Positions 1-10,082 of a stretch of 25,726 bases of DNA are shown piece after piece. Made by a program: the position numbers and the translations under genes. The notes below the pieces were generated by a model. The model did not search any database. It was not told the origin of the DNA and worked only from the letters and a program-made list of their open reading frames with translations. Numbering within the stretch: the first letter of the stretch is position 1; each line of letters starts with the position of its first letter. Origin of the DNA: Thermoanaerobaculia bacterium (GTDB taxonomy: Bacteria; Acidobacteriota; Thermoanaerobaculia; UBA5066; Gp7-AA6); NCBI GenBank assembly GCA_035763965.1, contig DASUAD010000090.1, positions 1 to 25,726 of the forward strand. Reading direction: 5' to 3'.

Positions 1-141
1 CGCGAAACGAATTCGGGGTTGCCGCGCCGCCGTTTTGCCTCTTCTCGAGGCGGTGAGGCGAGAACCAAGAAGAGGCTGAGCATGGAGTGGCCTCTCCCGT
101 TACGCTTCCGGACGCGGGTTCAACTCCCGCCGCCTCCACCA
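1..141 (+). ncRNA. ssrA: tmRNA, 3' portion (5' part lies outside the window)
   Basis: Ends TTCCGGACGCGGGTTCAACTCCCGCCGCCTCCACCA. T-arm GCGGG(114-118)/TTCAACT/CCCGC(126-130), acceptor 3' strand CGCCTCC plus ACCA (fits the G3-U70 Ala identity), upstream CTGAGCATGGAG resembling the conserved TAAGCATGTAG segment, and a helix GCCTCTTCT(37-45)/AGAAGAGGC(68-76). No D or anticodon arm, so not a tRNA. Confidence 0.85.
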
Positions 142-211
142 ATGCTTGTCCACGCACATCACTCAACCCACTGAAAAGGCGCGATCTCTACATCTGCCGA
201 ATTCGTGTCGG
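135..211 (+). repeat. Left copy of 77-bp diverged direct repeat (putative attL core plus arm)
   Basis: Ungapped alignment to 25650-25726, 64/77 identical (38/41 in the distal part). Begins with the last 7 nt of tmRNA, TCCACCA. Confidence 0.9.
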
Positions 212-214
212 TAG

Positions 215-1726
215 TCACACCAGGAACAGCCGGTACGCCGGATTGCGGCTCTCGTCCCAGTGGCGGTAGCCGAGGTCCTTCAGGAACCGCCGGAACTTCG
301 GTGAGTCCTTGCGGGGGACCTGGATCCCCGCCAGCACGCGGCCGTAGTCTGCGCCGTGGTTGCGGTAGTGGAAGAGCGAGATGTTCCAGTCGCTCCGCAT
401 GCGGTTCAGGAACCTCATCAAGGCTCCGGGTCGCTCGGGGAACTCGAACCGGAAGAGGCGCTCGTCCTTGGCCATCGGCGCGCGCCCTCCGACGAGGTGG
501 CGGACGTGGAGCTTGGCCATCTCGTTGTCGGAGAGGTCGAGGACTGGTAGGCCGTGGCGCCTCAGCACTGCGAGGAGCGCCCGCGTCTGGCTCTCGTTCT
601 CGACCTCGACCCCGACGAAGACGTGCGCGTTCACCGCATCGGCGTACCGGTAGTTGAACTCGGTGATGTTGCGGGGCCCGACGACGGCGCAGAACTCGCG
701 GAAGCTGCCCGGCCTCTCGGGAATCGTGACGGCGAGGATCGCCTCGCGCCGTTCGCCCAGCTCGGCGCGCTCGGCCACGTGGCGGAGCCGCTCGAAGTTC
801 ATGTTCGCGCCGCACGCGATCGCGACGAGCGTCCGACCTTTGACGCTGCGGCGCTCGGTCCAGGTCTTGAGCCCCGCGACGGCGAGCGCCCCCGCGGGCT
901 CCAGGATCGAGCGCGTGTCCTCGAAGACGTCCTTGATGGCCGCGCAAATGGCGTCGGTGTCCACGAGGACGACCTCGTCCACGAGCTCTTGGCAGAGCCG
1001 GAAGTTCTCGCGCCCCACCTGCCGGACGGCCACACCGTCCGCGAAGAGCCCGACTCTCGGCAGGCGCACGCGGCGCCCCGCCTTGAGCGAGCGATGCATC
1101 GCGTCGGCGTCCACGGGCTCGACGCCGACCACACGCGTCCCCGGGCTCAGCCGCTTGACGTAGGCCGCCACCCCCGCGATGAGGCCGCCTCCTCCCACGG
1201 CCACGAAGACCGCGTCGATGCCGGCGGGCCGCTGCCTCAGGATCTCCATCCCGATGGTCCCCTGTCCCGCGATGACGTCGCGGTCGTCGTACGGGTGGAT
1301 GAAGGTCCTGCGCTCCTTCCGGGCCAGACGCCGCGCCTCGGCGTAGGCCTCATCGTACGAGTCGCCCAGAAGGACGACCCGCGCGCCCCGCGAGGCCACG
1401 GCGTCCACCTTGATGCGGGGCGTCGTCACGGGCATGACGATCGTGGCCGAGCACCCCAGCTTCGCGGCGGCCAGCGCCACCCCCTGCGCATGGTTGCCCG
1501 CCGAAGCCGCGATCACGCCTCGCTTCAGCGCTCGGCGAGGCAGGCGGCACATCTTGTTGTAAGCGCCGCGCAGCTTGAAGGAGAAGACGGGCTGCAGGTC
1601 CTCGCGCTTGAGCAGCACCGTGTTGCCGGTGCGCCGTGTCAGACCCGGGGCGGCCTCGAGCGGTGTCTCGACGGCCACGTCATAGACACGCGCCGCGAGG
1701 ATCCGCTCGAGATAGTCGTTCCGCAA
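215..1726 (-). CDS. ilvA: Threonine ammonia-lyase, biosynthetic (503 aa, TTG start)
   Basis: KREDLQPVFSFKLRGAYN PLP-lysine motif, SAGNHAQG, VGGGGL, and two C-terminal regulatory repeats (PERPG...FxYR; FPERPGAL...LFHYRNHG). Confidence 0.96.
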   Translation of the reverse strand: MRNDYLERILAARVYDVAVETPLEAAPGLTRRTGNTVLLKREDLQPVFSFKLRGAYNKMCRLPRRALKRGVIAASAGNHAQGVALAAAKLGCSATIVMPVTTPRIKVDAVASRGARVVLLGDSYDEAYAEARRLARKERRTFIHPYDDRDVIAGQGTIGMEILRQRPAGIDAVFVAVGGGGLIAGVAAYVKRLSPGTRVVGVEPVDADAMHRSLKAGRRVRLPRVGLFADGVAVRQVGRENFRLCQELVDEVVLVDTDAICAAIKDVFEDTRSILEPAGALAVAGLKTWTERRSVKGRTLVAIACGANMNFERLRHVAERAELGERREAILAVTIPERPGSFREFCAVVGPRNITEFNYRYADAVNAHVFVGVEVENESQTRALLAVLRRHGLPVLDLSDNEMAKLHVRHLVGGRAPMAKDERLFRFEFPERPGALMRFLNRMRSDWNISLFHYRNHGADYGRVLAGIQVPRKDSPKFRRFLKDLGYRHWDESRNPAYRLFLV

Positions 1727-1758
1727 GGGGCGGCCGCCGCGCGTGCGAGGAGCCGTGC

Positions 1759-2763
1759 CTAGCCCGCCGGTCCCTGGTGAGAACGCGTAGCGGTCTCTCG
1801 GCTAAGCCGGCGGCCGAAGAAAGCGACACGCCCCGGCTCGGCCGCCGGGACGGGGTGGCACCACTCCTTCGAGCGCGGGTGCTCGCCGCGCACGGCTGCG
1901 TGGAAGGCCTTCTGGAGGGCGCGTGTGACGGGGCCGGTCGTGCCCGCGCCAATGCGACGGAAGTCGATCTCGCTTAGCGCGATGCACTCCGCCGCCGTGC
2001 CGCAGACGAAGACCTCGTCGGCCGTGTAGAGCTGGTCGCGTGAGACCGGGCGCTCGACCACCGTGTGGCCGAGGTCCTGCGCGAGCGTGACGAGGGCGTC
2101 GCGCGTGATGCCCTCCAGAATGGGCGCCGAGGGCGACGTGACGATGGTGCCGTTCTTCACGAGGAAGAGGTTCTCGCCCGTGCACTCGGCGACATAGCCC
2201 TGCGGGTCGAGCATGATCGCCTCGTCGAAGCCGAGGCGGACCGACTCCGTCTTGGCGAGGAAGCTATTGGCATAGCTGCCGCAGATCTTGGCCTTCGTCA
2301 TGGTGACGTTGGGGTGGTGGCGAGTGAAGGACGACACGTTCGCGCGCACGCCGTGCTCCAGGGCCTCGGCCCCGAGGTAGTTGGTCCACTGCCACGCGGC
2401 GATCCCGATGGACGGCGAGCCGCCGTCGAGGTTGAGGTTCCAGCCGCCGGTCGCCAGGGTGAGGAGCGGCCGGATGTAGCAGTCCTCGAACTCGTTTCGC
2501 ACGACGACCTCCGTGCAGGCGTCGACGAGGTCCTGCTCGGAGAACGGGAGCCCGCGGAAGCCCAGGCACGCGGCCGAGTACAGGAAGCGGGTGATGTGCT
2601 CCTTCAGCCGGAAGACGGCCGGTCCGTGCGCGGTCTTGTAGCAGCGGATGCCCTCGAAGACGCCGATGCCGTAGTGCAGGCCCGGCGTCAGGAAGTGCAG
2701 GGTGGCCTTCTCGAAATCGACGAAAGCGCCATCCATCCAGATCGTCTTCGATTGGAGCGTCAT
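1759..2763 (-). CDS. ilvE: Branched-chain amino acid aminotransferase (334 aa)
   Basis: LHYGIGVFEGIRCY, YIRP, AKICGSY, GYVAECTGENLF, ILEGITR, DEVFVCGTAAE (class IV PLP aminotransferase). Confidence 0.95.
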   Translation of the reverse strand: MTLQSKTIWMDGAFVDFEKATLHFLTPGLHYGIGVFEGIRCYKTAHGPAVFRLKEHITRFLYSAACLGFRGLPFSEQDLVDACTEVVVRNEFEDCYIRPLLTLATGGWNLNLDGGSPSIGIAAWQWTNYLGAEALEHGVRANVSSFTRHHPNVTMTKAKICGSYANSFLAKTESVRLGFDEAIMLDPQGYVAECTGENLFLVKNGTIVTSPSAPILEGITRDALVTLAQDLGHTVVERPVSRDQLYTADEVFVCGTAAECIALSEIDFRRIGAGTTGPVTRALQKAFHAAVRGEHPRSKEWCHPVPAAEPGRVAFFGRRLSRETATRSHQGPAG

Positions 2764-2773
2764 CGTGTTCCTT

Positions 2774-3868
2774 TCATTGCGCGGCCGTGACCGCCGGGGC
2801 GGCGATCGCCCCGGCGATGGCCTCGGTCATTTCAGTGGTCGACGCCGCTCGAGTCCCCGGGGGCGCCAGCTCGGCCGTACGAAGGCCCGCGGAGAGAGCG
2901 GCCTCGATCCCCTTCTCGACCGCATCCGCCTCCTCGGGCAGCGAGAGCGACCACCTCAGCAGCATCGCGACCGATCCGATCGCCCCGATCGGATTGGCGA
3001 GGTTCTTCCCTGCCAGAGACGGGGCCGAGCCGTGCACGGGCTCGAAGAGCCCCGGTCCCTTGCCGAGGCTGGCCGACGGCAGGAGGCCGAGCGAGCCGAC
3101 GAGCGCGCCGACCTCGTCGGAGAGGATGTCGCCGAAGAGGTTCTCCATCACGAGGACGTCGAAGCGAGCGGGCGAAAGAACCAGACTCATCGCGCAGGAG
3201 TCCACGAGCTGGTGCTCCAGCCTGACGTCGGGATAGCGCTCGGCGACCTCGTTCACGACCGCCCGCCAAAGGCGCGAGGTCTCGAGGACGTTCGACTTGT
3301 CGACCGACGTCACGAGGCGCCGGCGAGAACGAGCCAGGCGAAACGCGAGGTCGGCCACGCGGGCGATCTCCTCGCGCGTGTAGGGAAGCGTGTTGACGGC
3401 CGTCCCGGCCTCGAGGTCCACGCCGCGCGGCGTGCCGAAGTAGAGCCCGCCGGTCAGCTCGCGCACGATGAGGAGGTCGAGCCCGCCCGCCACTTCGCGC
3501 CGGAGCGGCCCGGCGTTCTCCAGACCGGGAAAGATCCGCGCCGGACGGAGGTTGGCATAGACGCCGAGTGCCTTGCGCAACCGAAGGAGACCCGCCTCCG
3601 GCCGCCCGTCGGGGGGAGCGTCGTCGAAGGAGGGGTCGCCCACGGCGGCGAGGAATACGGCGTCGGCCGAGAGGCAGGCCTCCCGCGTTCTCTCGGGCAG
3701 CGGCGTGCCTTCGCTCCGGATTGCGGAGGCGCCGATCGGAAGCGGCGTGATCTCGAAGCGGTGGGAGAAGCGCTCCGCGACGGCGCGAAGGACCGTCAGG
3801 GCCGCGTCGGCGACCTCGGGCCCGATTCCGTCTCCCGGCAGAACGACGATCTTGGCGCCACGGCCCAT
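2774..3868 (-). CDS. leuB: 3-isopropylmalate dehydrogenase (364 aa)
   Basis: LPGDGIGPEV, RELTGGLYFG, VDKSNVL, NLFGDILSD, EPVHGSAP. Confidence 0.95.
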   Translation of the reverse strand: MGRGAKIVVLPGDGIGPEVADAALTVLRAVAERFSHRFEITPLPIGASAIRSEGTPLPERTREACLSADAVFLAAVGDPSFDDAPPDGRPEAGLLRLRKALGVYANLRPARIFPGLENAGPLRREVAGGLDLLIVRELTGGLYFGTPRGVDLEAGTAVNTLPYTREEIARVADLAFRLARSRRRLVTSVDKSNVLETSRLWRAVVNEVAERYPDVRLEHQLVDSCAMSLVLSPARFDVLVMENLFGDILSDEVGALVGSLGLLPSASLGKGPGLFEPVHGSAPSLAGKNLANPIGAIGSVAMLLRWSLSLPEEADAVEKGIEAALSAGLRTAELAPPGTRAASTTEMTEAIAGAIAAPAVTAAQ

Positions 3869-5149
3869 TCAGACTCCGTACCCGTAGCCCGGTTCTTCGA
3901 TGGCCGTCTCCTCGCGCCACGCGGGCTCCGAGGTTCGATCGCCTCCGTCGGTCCGCGCCACGCGGAACGCCACCGGCGCATGGCGCCGCGCCTCGGCTCG
4001 CTTGATCTCCGCGACGAGCTCGAGGACGTCGGCGTCGCGGATGACCTTCCGGGTGTCGGCCCGGCGGATCATCCGCTTGTAGACCTCGTCGAGCTCGAGC
4101 CGCGAAAGGGAGACCTGCAGCGCCTGGCACCGGTTCTTCAAGGCATGGCGGCCGGAATGCTTGCCCAGGACGAACGTCGTCTCGGGAACGCCGACGTCCT
4201 CGGGCCGCATGATCTCGTACGTCCGGCGGTCCTTCAGGAGGCCGTCCTGGTGGATGCCCGCCTCGTGGGCGAATGCGTTTCGGCCCACGATGGCCTTGTT
4301 CGCCTGAACCGGCTCGCCGGTGACCTCGCAAAGGAGCTGGCTCGCGGCGAGAAGGCCCGGCGTCCTGATGCCGGTCTCGTAGGCGAGGAGATCGGGCCTC
4401 ACCTTCACGGCCATGACGATCTCCTCGAGCGAGGCGTTTCCGGCGCGCTCGCCGATTCCATTGATCGTGCATTCGACCTGCCTCACCCCGCCTTCGAGCG
4501 CCGCGAGCGAGTTGGCGACGGCGAGGCCGAGATCGTTGTGACAATGGGCGCTGAACGTGACCTGGTGAGCATTCGGCACGCGCCCGATGATGCTGCGGAA
4601 AAAGCCGGTGATCTCGTGCGGCAGCGCGTAGCCGACGGTGTCAGGCAGATTGATGGTCGTCGCCCCGGCCTCCATGACGGCCTTCACCACCGAAGCGAGA
4701 AAGTCGAGGTCGCTGCGGGTGGCGTCCTCGGCCGAGAACTCGACGTCGTCGACGCTGCGGCGCGCCCTCTCGACGGCCTTCGCGGCCGCGTCCAGGCACT
4801 CCTCGCGCGTCATGCGCAGCTTCTTCTCGAGGTGAAGGTCCGATGTCGCGATGAAGGTGTGAAGACGCGGGCGCGCCGCACCCTCGAGCGCGGCGCAGGC
4901 GCGGTCGATGTCCTGGGGGGCGCATCGGGCGAGCGCGGCGATCGCCGGCCGGCGAACCTCGCGCGACACCGCGCGAACCGCCTCGAAGTCGCTGTCGGAG
5001 GCGATCGGGAAGCCCACCTCGACGACGTCCACGCCGAGCTCATCGAGGGCGCGCGCCAGGCGCAGCTTCTCGCTCTCACGCATGGAGAAGCCCGGCGCCT
5101 GCTCGCCGTCTCGGAGGGTCGTGTCGAAGATCGTAATTCGCTCTCTCAT
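3869..5149 (-). CDS. leuA: 2-isopropylmalate synthase, short form without C-terminal regulatory domain (426 aa)
   Basis: True start [20 protein letters not shown] at 5149 (ATGA overlap with the ilvC stop). Motifs [41 protein letters not shown]. The ORF-track start at 5563 is spurious. Confidence 0.9.
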   Translation of the reverse strand: MRERITIFDTTLRDGEQAPGFSMRESEKLRLARALDELGVDVVEVGFPIASDSDFEAVRAVSREVRRPAIAALARCAPQDIDRACAALEGAARPRLHTFIATSDLHLEKKLRMTREECLDAAAKAVERARRSVDDVEFSAEDATRSDLDFLASVVKAVMEAGATTINLPDTVGYALPHEITGFFRSIIGRVPNAHQVTFSAHCHNDLGLAVANSLAALEGGVRQVECTINGIGERAGNASLEEIVMAVKVRPDLLAYETGIRTPGLLAASQLLCEVTGEPVQANKAIVGRNAFAHEAGIHQDGLLKDRRTYEIMRPEDVGVPETTFVLGKHSGRHALKNRCQALQVSLSRLELDEVYKRMIRRADTRKVIRDADVLELVAEIKRAEARRHAPVAFRVARTDGGDRTSEPAWREETAIEEPGYGYGV

Positions 5150-6159
5150 GCGACCCTCCCGACGACGACCGGGTTCAGGAACGGCATCTTCGCGCGCAGC
5201 TCCTGGCCCACCTGCTCCACGAGGTGCTCGCGCTCCTTCGCGCGGGTCGCCTCGAACGTCCGGCGGCCGTTGCGGTTCTCCTCGATCCACGCCTCGGCGT
5301 ACGTCCCCTCCTGGATCTCGGAGAGGATCCGCCGCATCACCGTGCGCGTCTCCTCCGTCACGATGCGCGGCCCGGCCGTGTAGTCGCCGTGCTCGGCGGT
5401 GTCGCTGATGGAGTAGCGCATGTAGTTCAGGCCGCCGCGGTACATCAGGTCGACGATGAGCTTCAGCTCGTGCAGGCACTCGAAATACGCGACCTCCGGC
5501 TGATAGCCCGCCTCGACCAGCGTCTCGAAGCCGGCCTTGACGAGTGCGCTCGTGCCGCCGCAAAGTACCGCCTGCTCGCCGAAGAGGTCCGTCTCGGTCT
5601 CCTCGGCGAAGGTCGTCTCCAGAACGCCCGCCCGCGTGGCGCCGAGAGCCTTCGCGTAGGCGAGCGCGTCCTCGCGCGCGTGCCCGCTGGCGTTCTGGTC
5701 GACCGCCAGGAGAGCCGGCGTGCCCTCGCCCTCCGTGAAGAGCTCGCGGACGCGATGGCCGGGAGCCTTCGGCGCGATCATGGCGACGTCGACGTCGTGA
5801 GGCGGCACGATCTGCCCGAACCGGATGTTGAAGCCGTGAGCGAAGAGGAGCGCCTTGCCCTTGACCAGGTGCGGCGCGATCGACTCCTCGTACAGCTTCT
5901 TCTGGCCGGTGTCGGGCGTGAGGATCATGATCATGTCCGCGCGCCGCGCGGCCTCGTCCACGGGCAGGACCGTCAGCCCATCCGCCTTCGCGCGCGAGGC
6001 GGACGGCGACGTGGAGTAGAGGCCGACCACCACGGCCACGCCGCTGTCGCGAAGGTTGAGGGCATGGGCGTGACCCTGGCTTCCGTAGCCGATGACCGCC
6101 ACCGTGCGGCCCTTCAGCCGCGAGAGATCAGCGTCCTTGTCGTACCAGATCGTAGCCAT
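5146..6159 (-). CDS. ilvC: Ketol-acid reductoisomerase (337 aa)
   Basis: [71 protein letters not shown] upstream. Confidence 0.97.
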   Translation of the reverse strand: MATIWYDKDADLSRLKGRTVAVIGYGSQGHAHALNLRDSGVAVVVGLYSTSPSASRAKADGLTVLPVDEAARRADMIMILTPDTGQKKLYEESIAPHLVKGKALLFAHGFNIRFGQIVPPHDVDVAMIAPKAPGHRVRELFTEGEGTPALLAVDQNASGHAREDALAYAKALGATRAGVLETTFAEETETDLFGEQAVLCGGTSALVKAGFETLVEAGYQPEVAYFECLHELKLIVDLMYRGGLNYMRYSISDTAEHGDYTAGPRIVTEETRTVMRRILSEIQEGTYAEAWIEENRNGRRTFEATRAKEREHLVEQVGQELRAKMPFLNPVVVGRVA

Positions 6160-6451
6160 CGAAATCTCCTTTGTTCAGCGCCTGTTGCGGCTCGTGCGAG
6201 CCGTGGATCGCCCGGACGTGTTCCGCGTCGAGGACCTCGTAGACGTCGTGGAGGCGCCGGAGCTGTCTCTTCAGGAGCGCACAAAGCGCCTCGTCCGAGT
6301 CCGCGACGATGAGGAGCCGGCCGGCCCCGCCTTCCGCAGTCTCCTCGAAGAAGCAGCGCCTGAGCGAGATGCCCTGACGCCGGAAAAGCGCCTCCACGCG
6401 TGACAGGAAGCCGGGGGTGCCGTTGACCTTCAGCCAAAACGTGTATTCCAT
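6128..6451 (-). CDS. ilvN: Acetolactate synthase small subunit, single ACT domain (IlvN/IlvM-like, 107 aa)
   Basis: Lies between ilvB and ilvC. ACT-like pattern [18 protein letters not shown]...[15 protein letters not shown]. Tail overlaps the ilvC start by 32 nt. Confidence 0.75.
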   Translation of the reverse strand: MEYTFWLKVNGTPGFLSRVEALFRRQGISLRRCFFEETAEGGAGRLLIVADSDEALCALLKRQLRRLHDVYEVLDAEHVRAIHGSHEPQQALNKGDFDGYDLVRQGR

Positions 6452-6454
6452 GTC

Positions 6455-8185
6455 TCAGCTCTTTTCCCCGCGGGCCCGCCGAGGGTCTTCGATGACCATC
6501 GCGTCGATCGACTGGCCCGCCGGCCACATCGGGTAGCAGTTCTCCTCGGGGTCGCAGATGACGTTGACGACGGCCGGGCGGTCCTCCACGGCGAGGGCTT
6601 TCTGGAAGACCGCGTCGACCTCCTCGGGCCGCCGCGCCGTGAAGGCCGCGGCCCCGAGCGACTCGGCCACCTTCGCGAAGTCGGGGTTCCTCAGCTCGGT
6701 GGAGAAGAAGCGCTTGTCGTAGAAGAGCTCCTGCCACTGGCGGACCATGCCGAGGCCCTGGTTGTCGATGATGACCACCTTGATCGGTAGCCGCGCTTCG
6801 GCGGCGGTCACGAGGGCCTGCATCGTCATCTGGAAGCTGCCGTCCCCGTTAATGTTGACGACGAGCCGGTCGGGAAGCGCGCACTGCGCGCCGATTGCGG
6901 CGGGCAGTCCGTAGCCCATGGTCCCCAGGCCGCCCGAGGTGATGAAGCTGCGCGGCTCGTCGCACTTCCAGAACTGGGCGGCCCACATCTGGTGCTGCCC
7001 GACGTCGGTCGTGAGGATCGGCCGGCGGCTATTCGTGACGTGCCAGAGACGGTCGATGGCGAACTGCGGCAGGATCGGGCCATCGCCCTGCTCGTAGCGG
7101 AGGGGGTGCTTCGCCTTCCACTCCTCGACCCGCCGCCACCAGACGCCGGTGTCCGGGGCGCCCACGAGCGGCAAGAGCTGGTGGAGGACCGTCTTGGCGT
7201 CACCCACGAGTGGGAAGTCGGCCTTGCGGTTCTTCCCGATCTCCGCCTCGTCCACATCCAGGTGGATCACCTTGGCGTGCGGGGCGAAGGTGGCCAGCTT
7301 GCCGGTGATGCGGTCGTCGAAGCGGGCGCCGAGCGCGATGATGAGATCGCTCTCGTTCATGGCGTAGTTGGCGTAGACCGTGCCGTGCATGCCCAGCATC
7401 CCGAGCGACTGCGGGTCGGACTCGGGGAAGGCGCCCTTGGCCATGAGCGTCGTCGTGACGGGGATCCGGGTCTTCTTGGCCAGGCGCCTGACCTCCTCAG
7501 AGGCGCCGGCGGAGATGACCCCGCCGCCCACGTAGAGCACCGGCCGCCGCGCGTTCGTGATGGCCAGCGCGGCCCGGCGCAGGGCGGTGGGGTCGGCGCG
7601 GCGTTTCCGAGACGACGGCTCGGCCGCCTCCTCCTCGGGCTCGATCTGAGCCTGCAGGACGTCGCGCGGCACGTCCACGAGGACGGGACCGGGGCGGCCC
7701 GAGACCGCCAGATGAAACGCCTCGCGGATCGTCGGGATCAGGTCCTCCGGCTCCAAGACCAGCCAGTTGTGCTTCGTGACCGGCTGCGTGATGCCGAGGA
7801 TGTCGGCCTCCTGGAACCCGTCGCGGCCGATGAGCGGCCTGGTCACCTGAGCCGTCAGGGCAACGATGGGCGTGGAATCCATGTAGGCGTCGGTCAGGCC
7901 CGTCACGAGGTTCGTGGCCCCCGGCCCGGACGTGGCCAGGCAGACGCCCGCGCGTCCCGTGGCGCGCGCGAAGCCTTGGGCCGCGTGGGAGCCGCTCTGC
8001 TCGTGCCGCATCAGGAGGTGCGCGACGCCGGGCGTCTGGAAGAGGGCGTCGTAGAGAGGAAGGGCGGCACCGCCCGGGTGGCCGAAGATGTGAGTGACGC
8101 CCTGCCGGGCGAGCTCCTCGGCGAGCAGGTTGGCGGCGCGGACTCTTTCCCGGGGACGGGCGTCGGTGCGGAGAGCGGTGCTCAT
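6455..8185 (-). CDS. ilvB: Acetolactate synthase large subunit (576 aa)
   Basis: [66 protein letters not shown], ThDP motif GDGSFQMT...[11 protein letters not shown]. Confidence 0.96.
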   Translation of the reverse strand: MSTALRTDARPRERVRAANLLAEELARQGVTHIFGHPGGAALPLYDALFQTPGVAHLLMRHEQSGSHAAQGFARATGRAGVCLATSGPGATNLVTGLTDAYMDSTPIVALTAQVTRPLIGRDGFQEADILGITQPVTKHNWLVLEPEDLIPTIREAFHLAVSGRPGPVLVDVPRDVLQAQIEPEEEAAEPSSRKRRADPTALRRAALAITNARRPVLYVGGGVISAGASEEVRRLAKKTRIPVTTTLMAKGAFPESDPQSLGMLGMHGTVYANYAMNESDLIIALGARFDDRITGKLATFAPHAKVIHLDVDEAEIGKNRKADFPLVGDAKTVLHQLLPLVGAPDTGVWWRRVEEWKAKHPLRYEQGDGPILPQFAIDRLWHVTNSRRPILTTDVGQHQMWAAQFWKCDEPRSFITSGGLGTMGYGLPAAIGAQCALPDRLVVNINGDGSFQMTMQALVTAAEARLPIKVVIIDNQGLGMVRQWQELFYDKRFFSTELRNPDFAKVAESLGAAAFTARRPEEVDAVFQKALAVEDRPAVVNVICDPEENCYPMWPAGQSIDAMVIEDPRRARGEKS

Positions 8186-9849
8186 GCCAGGGCCCCTTTC
8201 ATCTGGAATCCGGTGACCGCCCCGTCGGAGGCGGAAGAGACGAGCTGCGCGTACTTCGCGAGCGCGCCGCCCGAGTAGCGCGCGGCCGGCGCGGTCCAGC
8301 GCGCGCGGCGCGCATCGAGCGGCGCCTCCACGTCGATCCGCCGGGAGACGACGTCGATCGTGATCGGATCACCATCTTTGACGAGCCCGATCGGCCCCCC
8401 GGCAGCCGCCTCGGGCGACACGTGGCCGACCATGAGGCCGTGCGTGGCGCCGCTGAAGCGCCCGTCGGTCACGAGCGCGACGCTCTCGCCGAGGCCCTGC
8501 CCCACGAGCGCCGCCGTCACCGCGAGCATCTCGGGCATGCCCGGAGCGCCGCGCGGCCCTTCATAGCGGATGACGACGACCTCGCCCGGGAAGATCTCGC
8601 CGCGCTCGGCTGCTGCGAAGGCCGCGATCTCGCCGTCGAAGACGTGCGCGGGGCCGGTCGCGTGCAGGCGCTCGTGGCCCGCCAGCTTCACGACGCAGCC
8701 CTCGGGCGCGAGCGAGCCCCGGAGAATCGCCAGGCCGCCGGTCGATTTCACCGGCCTCTCGAGCGGTCGGATCACGGCCTGGCCCGGAGTCTCTTTCGCC
8801 TCGGAGGCTTCCGCGAAGAGCGTCCGGCCGGTCACGGTCATCTCGTCGTGAACGAGCCCGGCCTCCATGAGGCGCCTCGCCAGGAGGCGCGAGCCGCCGG
8901 CCCGGTCCATGTCCGGCGCGGTGAAGCGACCCCCGGGCTTGAGGTCCGCCAGGATCGGCGTCTTGGACGCGATGACGTCGAAGTCGTTGAGCGCGAGCGG
9001 AACGCCCGCCTCCCGCGCGATCGCGAGCAGGTGCAGGACCGCGTTCGTCGAGCCGCCCGTGGCCGCGACGGCAGCGATGGCGTTCTCGAACGCCCCGCGG
9101 GTGAGGAGGCGCGAGGGACGGCGGTCCTCCGCGAGACACCTCATCACGAGACGGCCGGCCTCGTATGCCGCCTCGTCCTTTCGCGGGTCATTCGCGGGGA
9201 CGTCGTTGGCGCCCATCGGCGAGATCCCGAGGAAGGTGAGAGCCGTCGCCATGGTGTTGGCCGTGAACTGGCCGCCGCAGGCGCCGGCGCCGGGACAGGC
9301 GCTCTCCTCCATGTTCGTCAGCTCCGCCGGGCTCATCCGGCCGGCGGCGTGTGAGCCGACCGCCTCGAACACGTCCTGGATCGTCACGTCGTGCCCATCC
9401 ACCCGGCCCGGCTGGATGGAGCCGCCGTAGATCGCCACGCCTGGGATGTCGAGCCGCGCCAGGGCCATGACGGTCGCGGGGATCGTCTTGTCGCAGCCGG
9501 AGATCGCCACGACGGCGTCGAGCGAGTGCCCCGCCACCGCCAGCTCGATGGAGTCCGCGATGACCTCGCGCGAGATGAGCGACGCCCGCATGCCGTCGGT
9601 GCCCATCGAGATGCCGTCGGAGACGGCGATCGTGTTGAACTCGAGCGGCGTCCCGCCGGAAGCGCGGATGCCTTCCTTCACTTTCTCCGCCAGGCGGCGC
9701 AGGTGGATGTTGCAGGGGGTGACCTCGGTCCAGGTGTTCGCGACGGCCACGAGCGGCCGGTCGATGTCCGCTCGGGTCAGGCCCGTCGCGCGCAGCATCG
9801 CGCGCGCCGGCGCGCGGGAGGGACCTTTCTTGATGGCGTCGCTTTTCAT
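8182..9849 (-). CDS. ilvD: Dihydroxy-acid dehydratase (555 aa)
   Basis: [63 protein letters not shown]. Confidence 0.96.
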   Translation of the reverse strand: MKSDAIKKGPSRAPARAMLRATGLTRADIDRPLVAVANTWTEVTPCNIHLRRLAEKVKEGIRASGGTPLEFNTIAVSDGISMGTDGMRASLISREVIADSIELAVAGHSLDAVVAISGCDKTIPATVMALARLDIPGVAIYGGSIQPGRVDGHDVTIQDVFEAVGSHAAGRMSPAELTNMEESACPGAGACGGQFTANTMATALTFLGISPMGANDVPANDPRKDEAAYEAGRLVMRCLAEDRRPSRLLTRGAFENAIAAVAATGGSTNAVLHLLAIAREAGVPLALNDFDVIASKTPILADLKPGGRFTAPDMDRAGGSRLLARRLMEAGLVHDEMTVTGRTLFAEASEAKETPGQAVIRPLERPVKSTGGLAILRGSLAPEGCVVKLAGHERLHATGPAHVFDGEIAAFAAAERGEIFPGEVVVIRYEGPRGAPGMPEMLAVTAALVGQGLGESVALVTDGRFSGATHGLMVGHVSPEAAAGGPIGLVKDGDPITIDVVSRRIDVEAPLDARRARWTAPAARYSGGALAKYAQLVSSASDGAVTGFQMKGALA

Positions 9850-9860
9850 CGGGCTCCCAG

Positions 9861-9896
9861 CAACAAAAAGCCCCGCGACCTTGTGAGGTGCGGGGC
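9861..9896 (-). terminator. Intrinsic terminator (attenuator) upstream of ilvD
   Basis: On the minus strand: GCCCCGC-ACC-TCACAA-GGT-C-GCGGGGC followed by TTTTTGTTG, 12 nt before the ilvD start region. Confidence 0.88.
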
Positions 9897-9954
9897 GTCT
9901 GATGCGACTTTGTCCTTCGTCTCAGCCGGCCCGCACCTCGGGAATGCGAAGGAC
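9885..9954 (-). promoter_or_regulatory. Antiterminator and competing helix of the ilv-leu attenuator
   Basis: 9930-9939 (CCCGCACCTC) is a perfect 10-bp complement of 9885-9894 in the terminator 5' arm. 9947-9954 (CGAAGGAC) is a perfect 8-bp complement of 9912-9919. Confidence 0.82.
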
Positions 9955-10008
9955 GAGGACGCCCTTGAAGGCGCCGGCAAAGACGAGAATGAGCTGTCTC
10001 GAGATCAT
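9922..10008 (-). CDS. ilv-leu operon leader peptide, 28 aa: MISRQLILVFAGAFKGVLVLRIPEVRAG
   Basis: ATG at 10008, TGA at 9922-9924. 11 of 28 residues are Ile/Leu/Val (LILV and VLVL clusters). Overlaps the attenuator helices. Confidence 0.85.
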   Translation of the reverse strand: MISRQLILVFAGAFKGVLVLRIPEVRAG

Positions 10009-10015
10009 GAGCGTA

Positions 10016-10081
10016 ATTAGGGCCTTTTCCCGACGTCCCGTCAAGCTAATAAACTTTCTTGTATCATTAGCAGTACTGATA
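10016..10081. promoter_or_regulatory. Divergent promoter/operator region between the ilv leader and lysR
   Basis: AT-rich. Minus-strand TTGACG (10044-10039) with a weak -10 (CCTAAT, 17-bp spacer). Inverted repeats GCTAAT-N15-ATTAGC (10045-10071) and TATCA-N10-TGATA (10062-10081). Confidence 0.45.
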
Positions 10082-10082
10082 G

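Noticed and set aside
105-141. tRNA gene
   Set aside because: The T-arm and acceptor 3' strand are present but there is no D-arm, anticodon arm or 5' acceptor strand within 76-90 nt. Context fits tmRNA.
3869-5149. Citramalate or homocitrate synthase instead of LeuA
   Set aside because: [16 protein letters not shown] and YEIM motifs plus adjacency to leuB favour IPMS, and ilvA already supplies 2-ketobutyrate. Not excluded without an assay.
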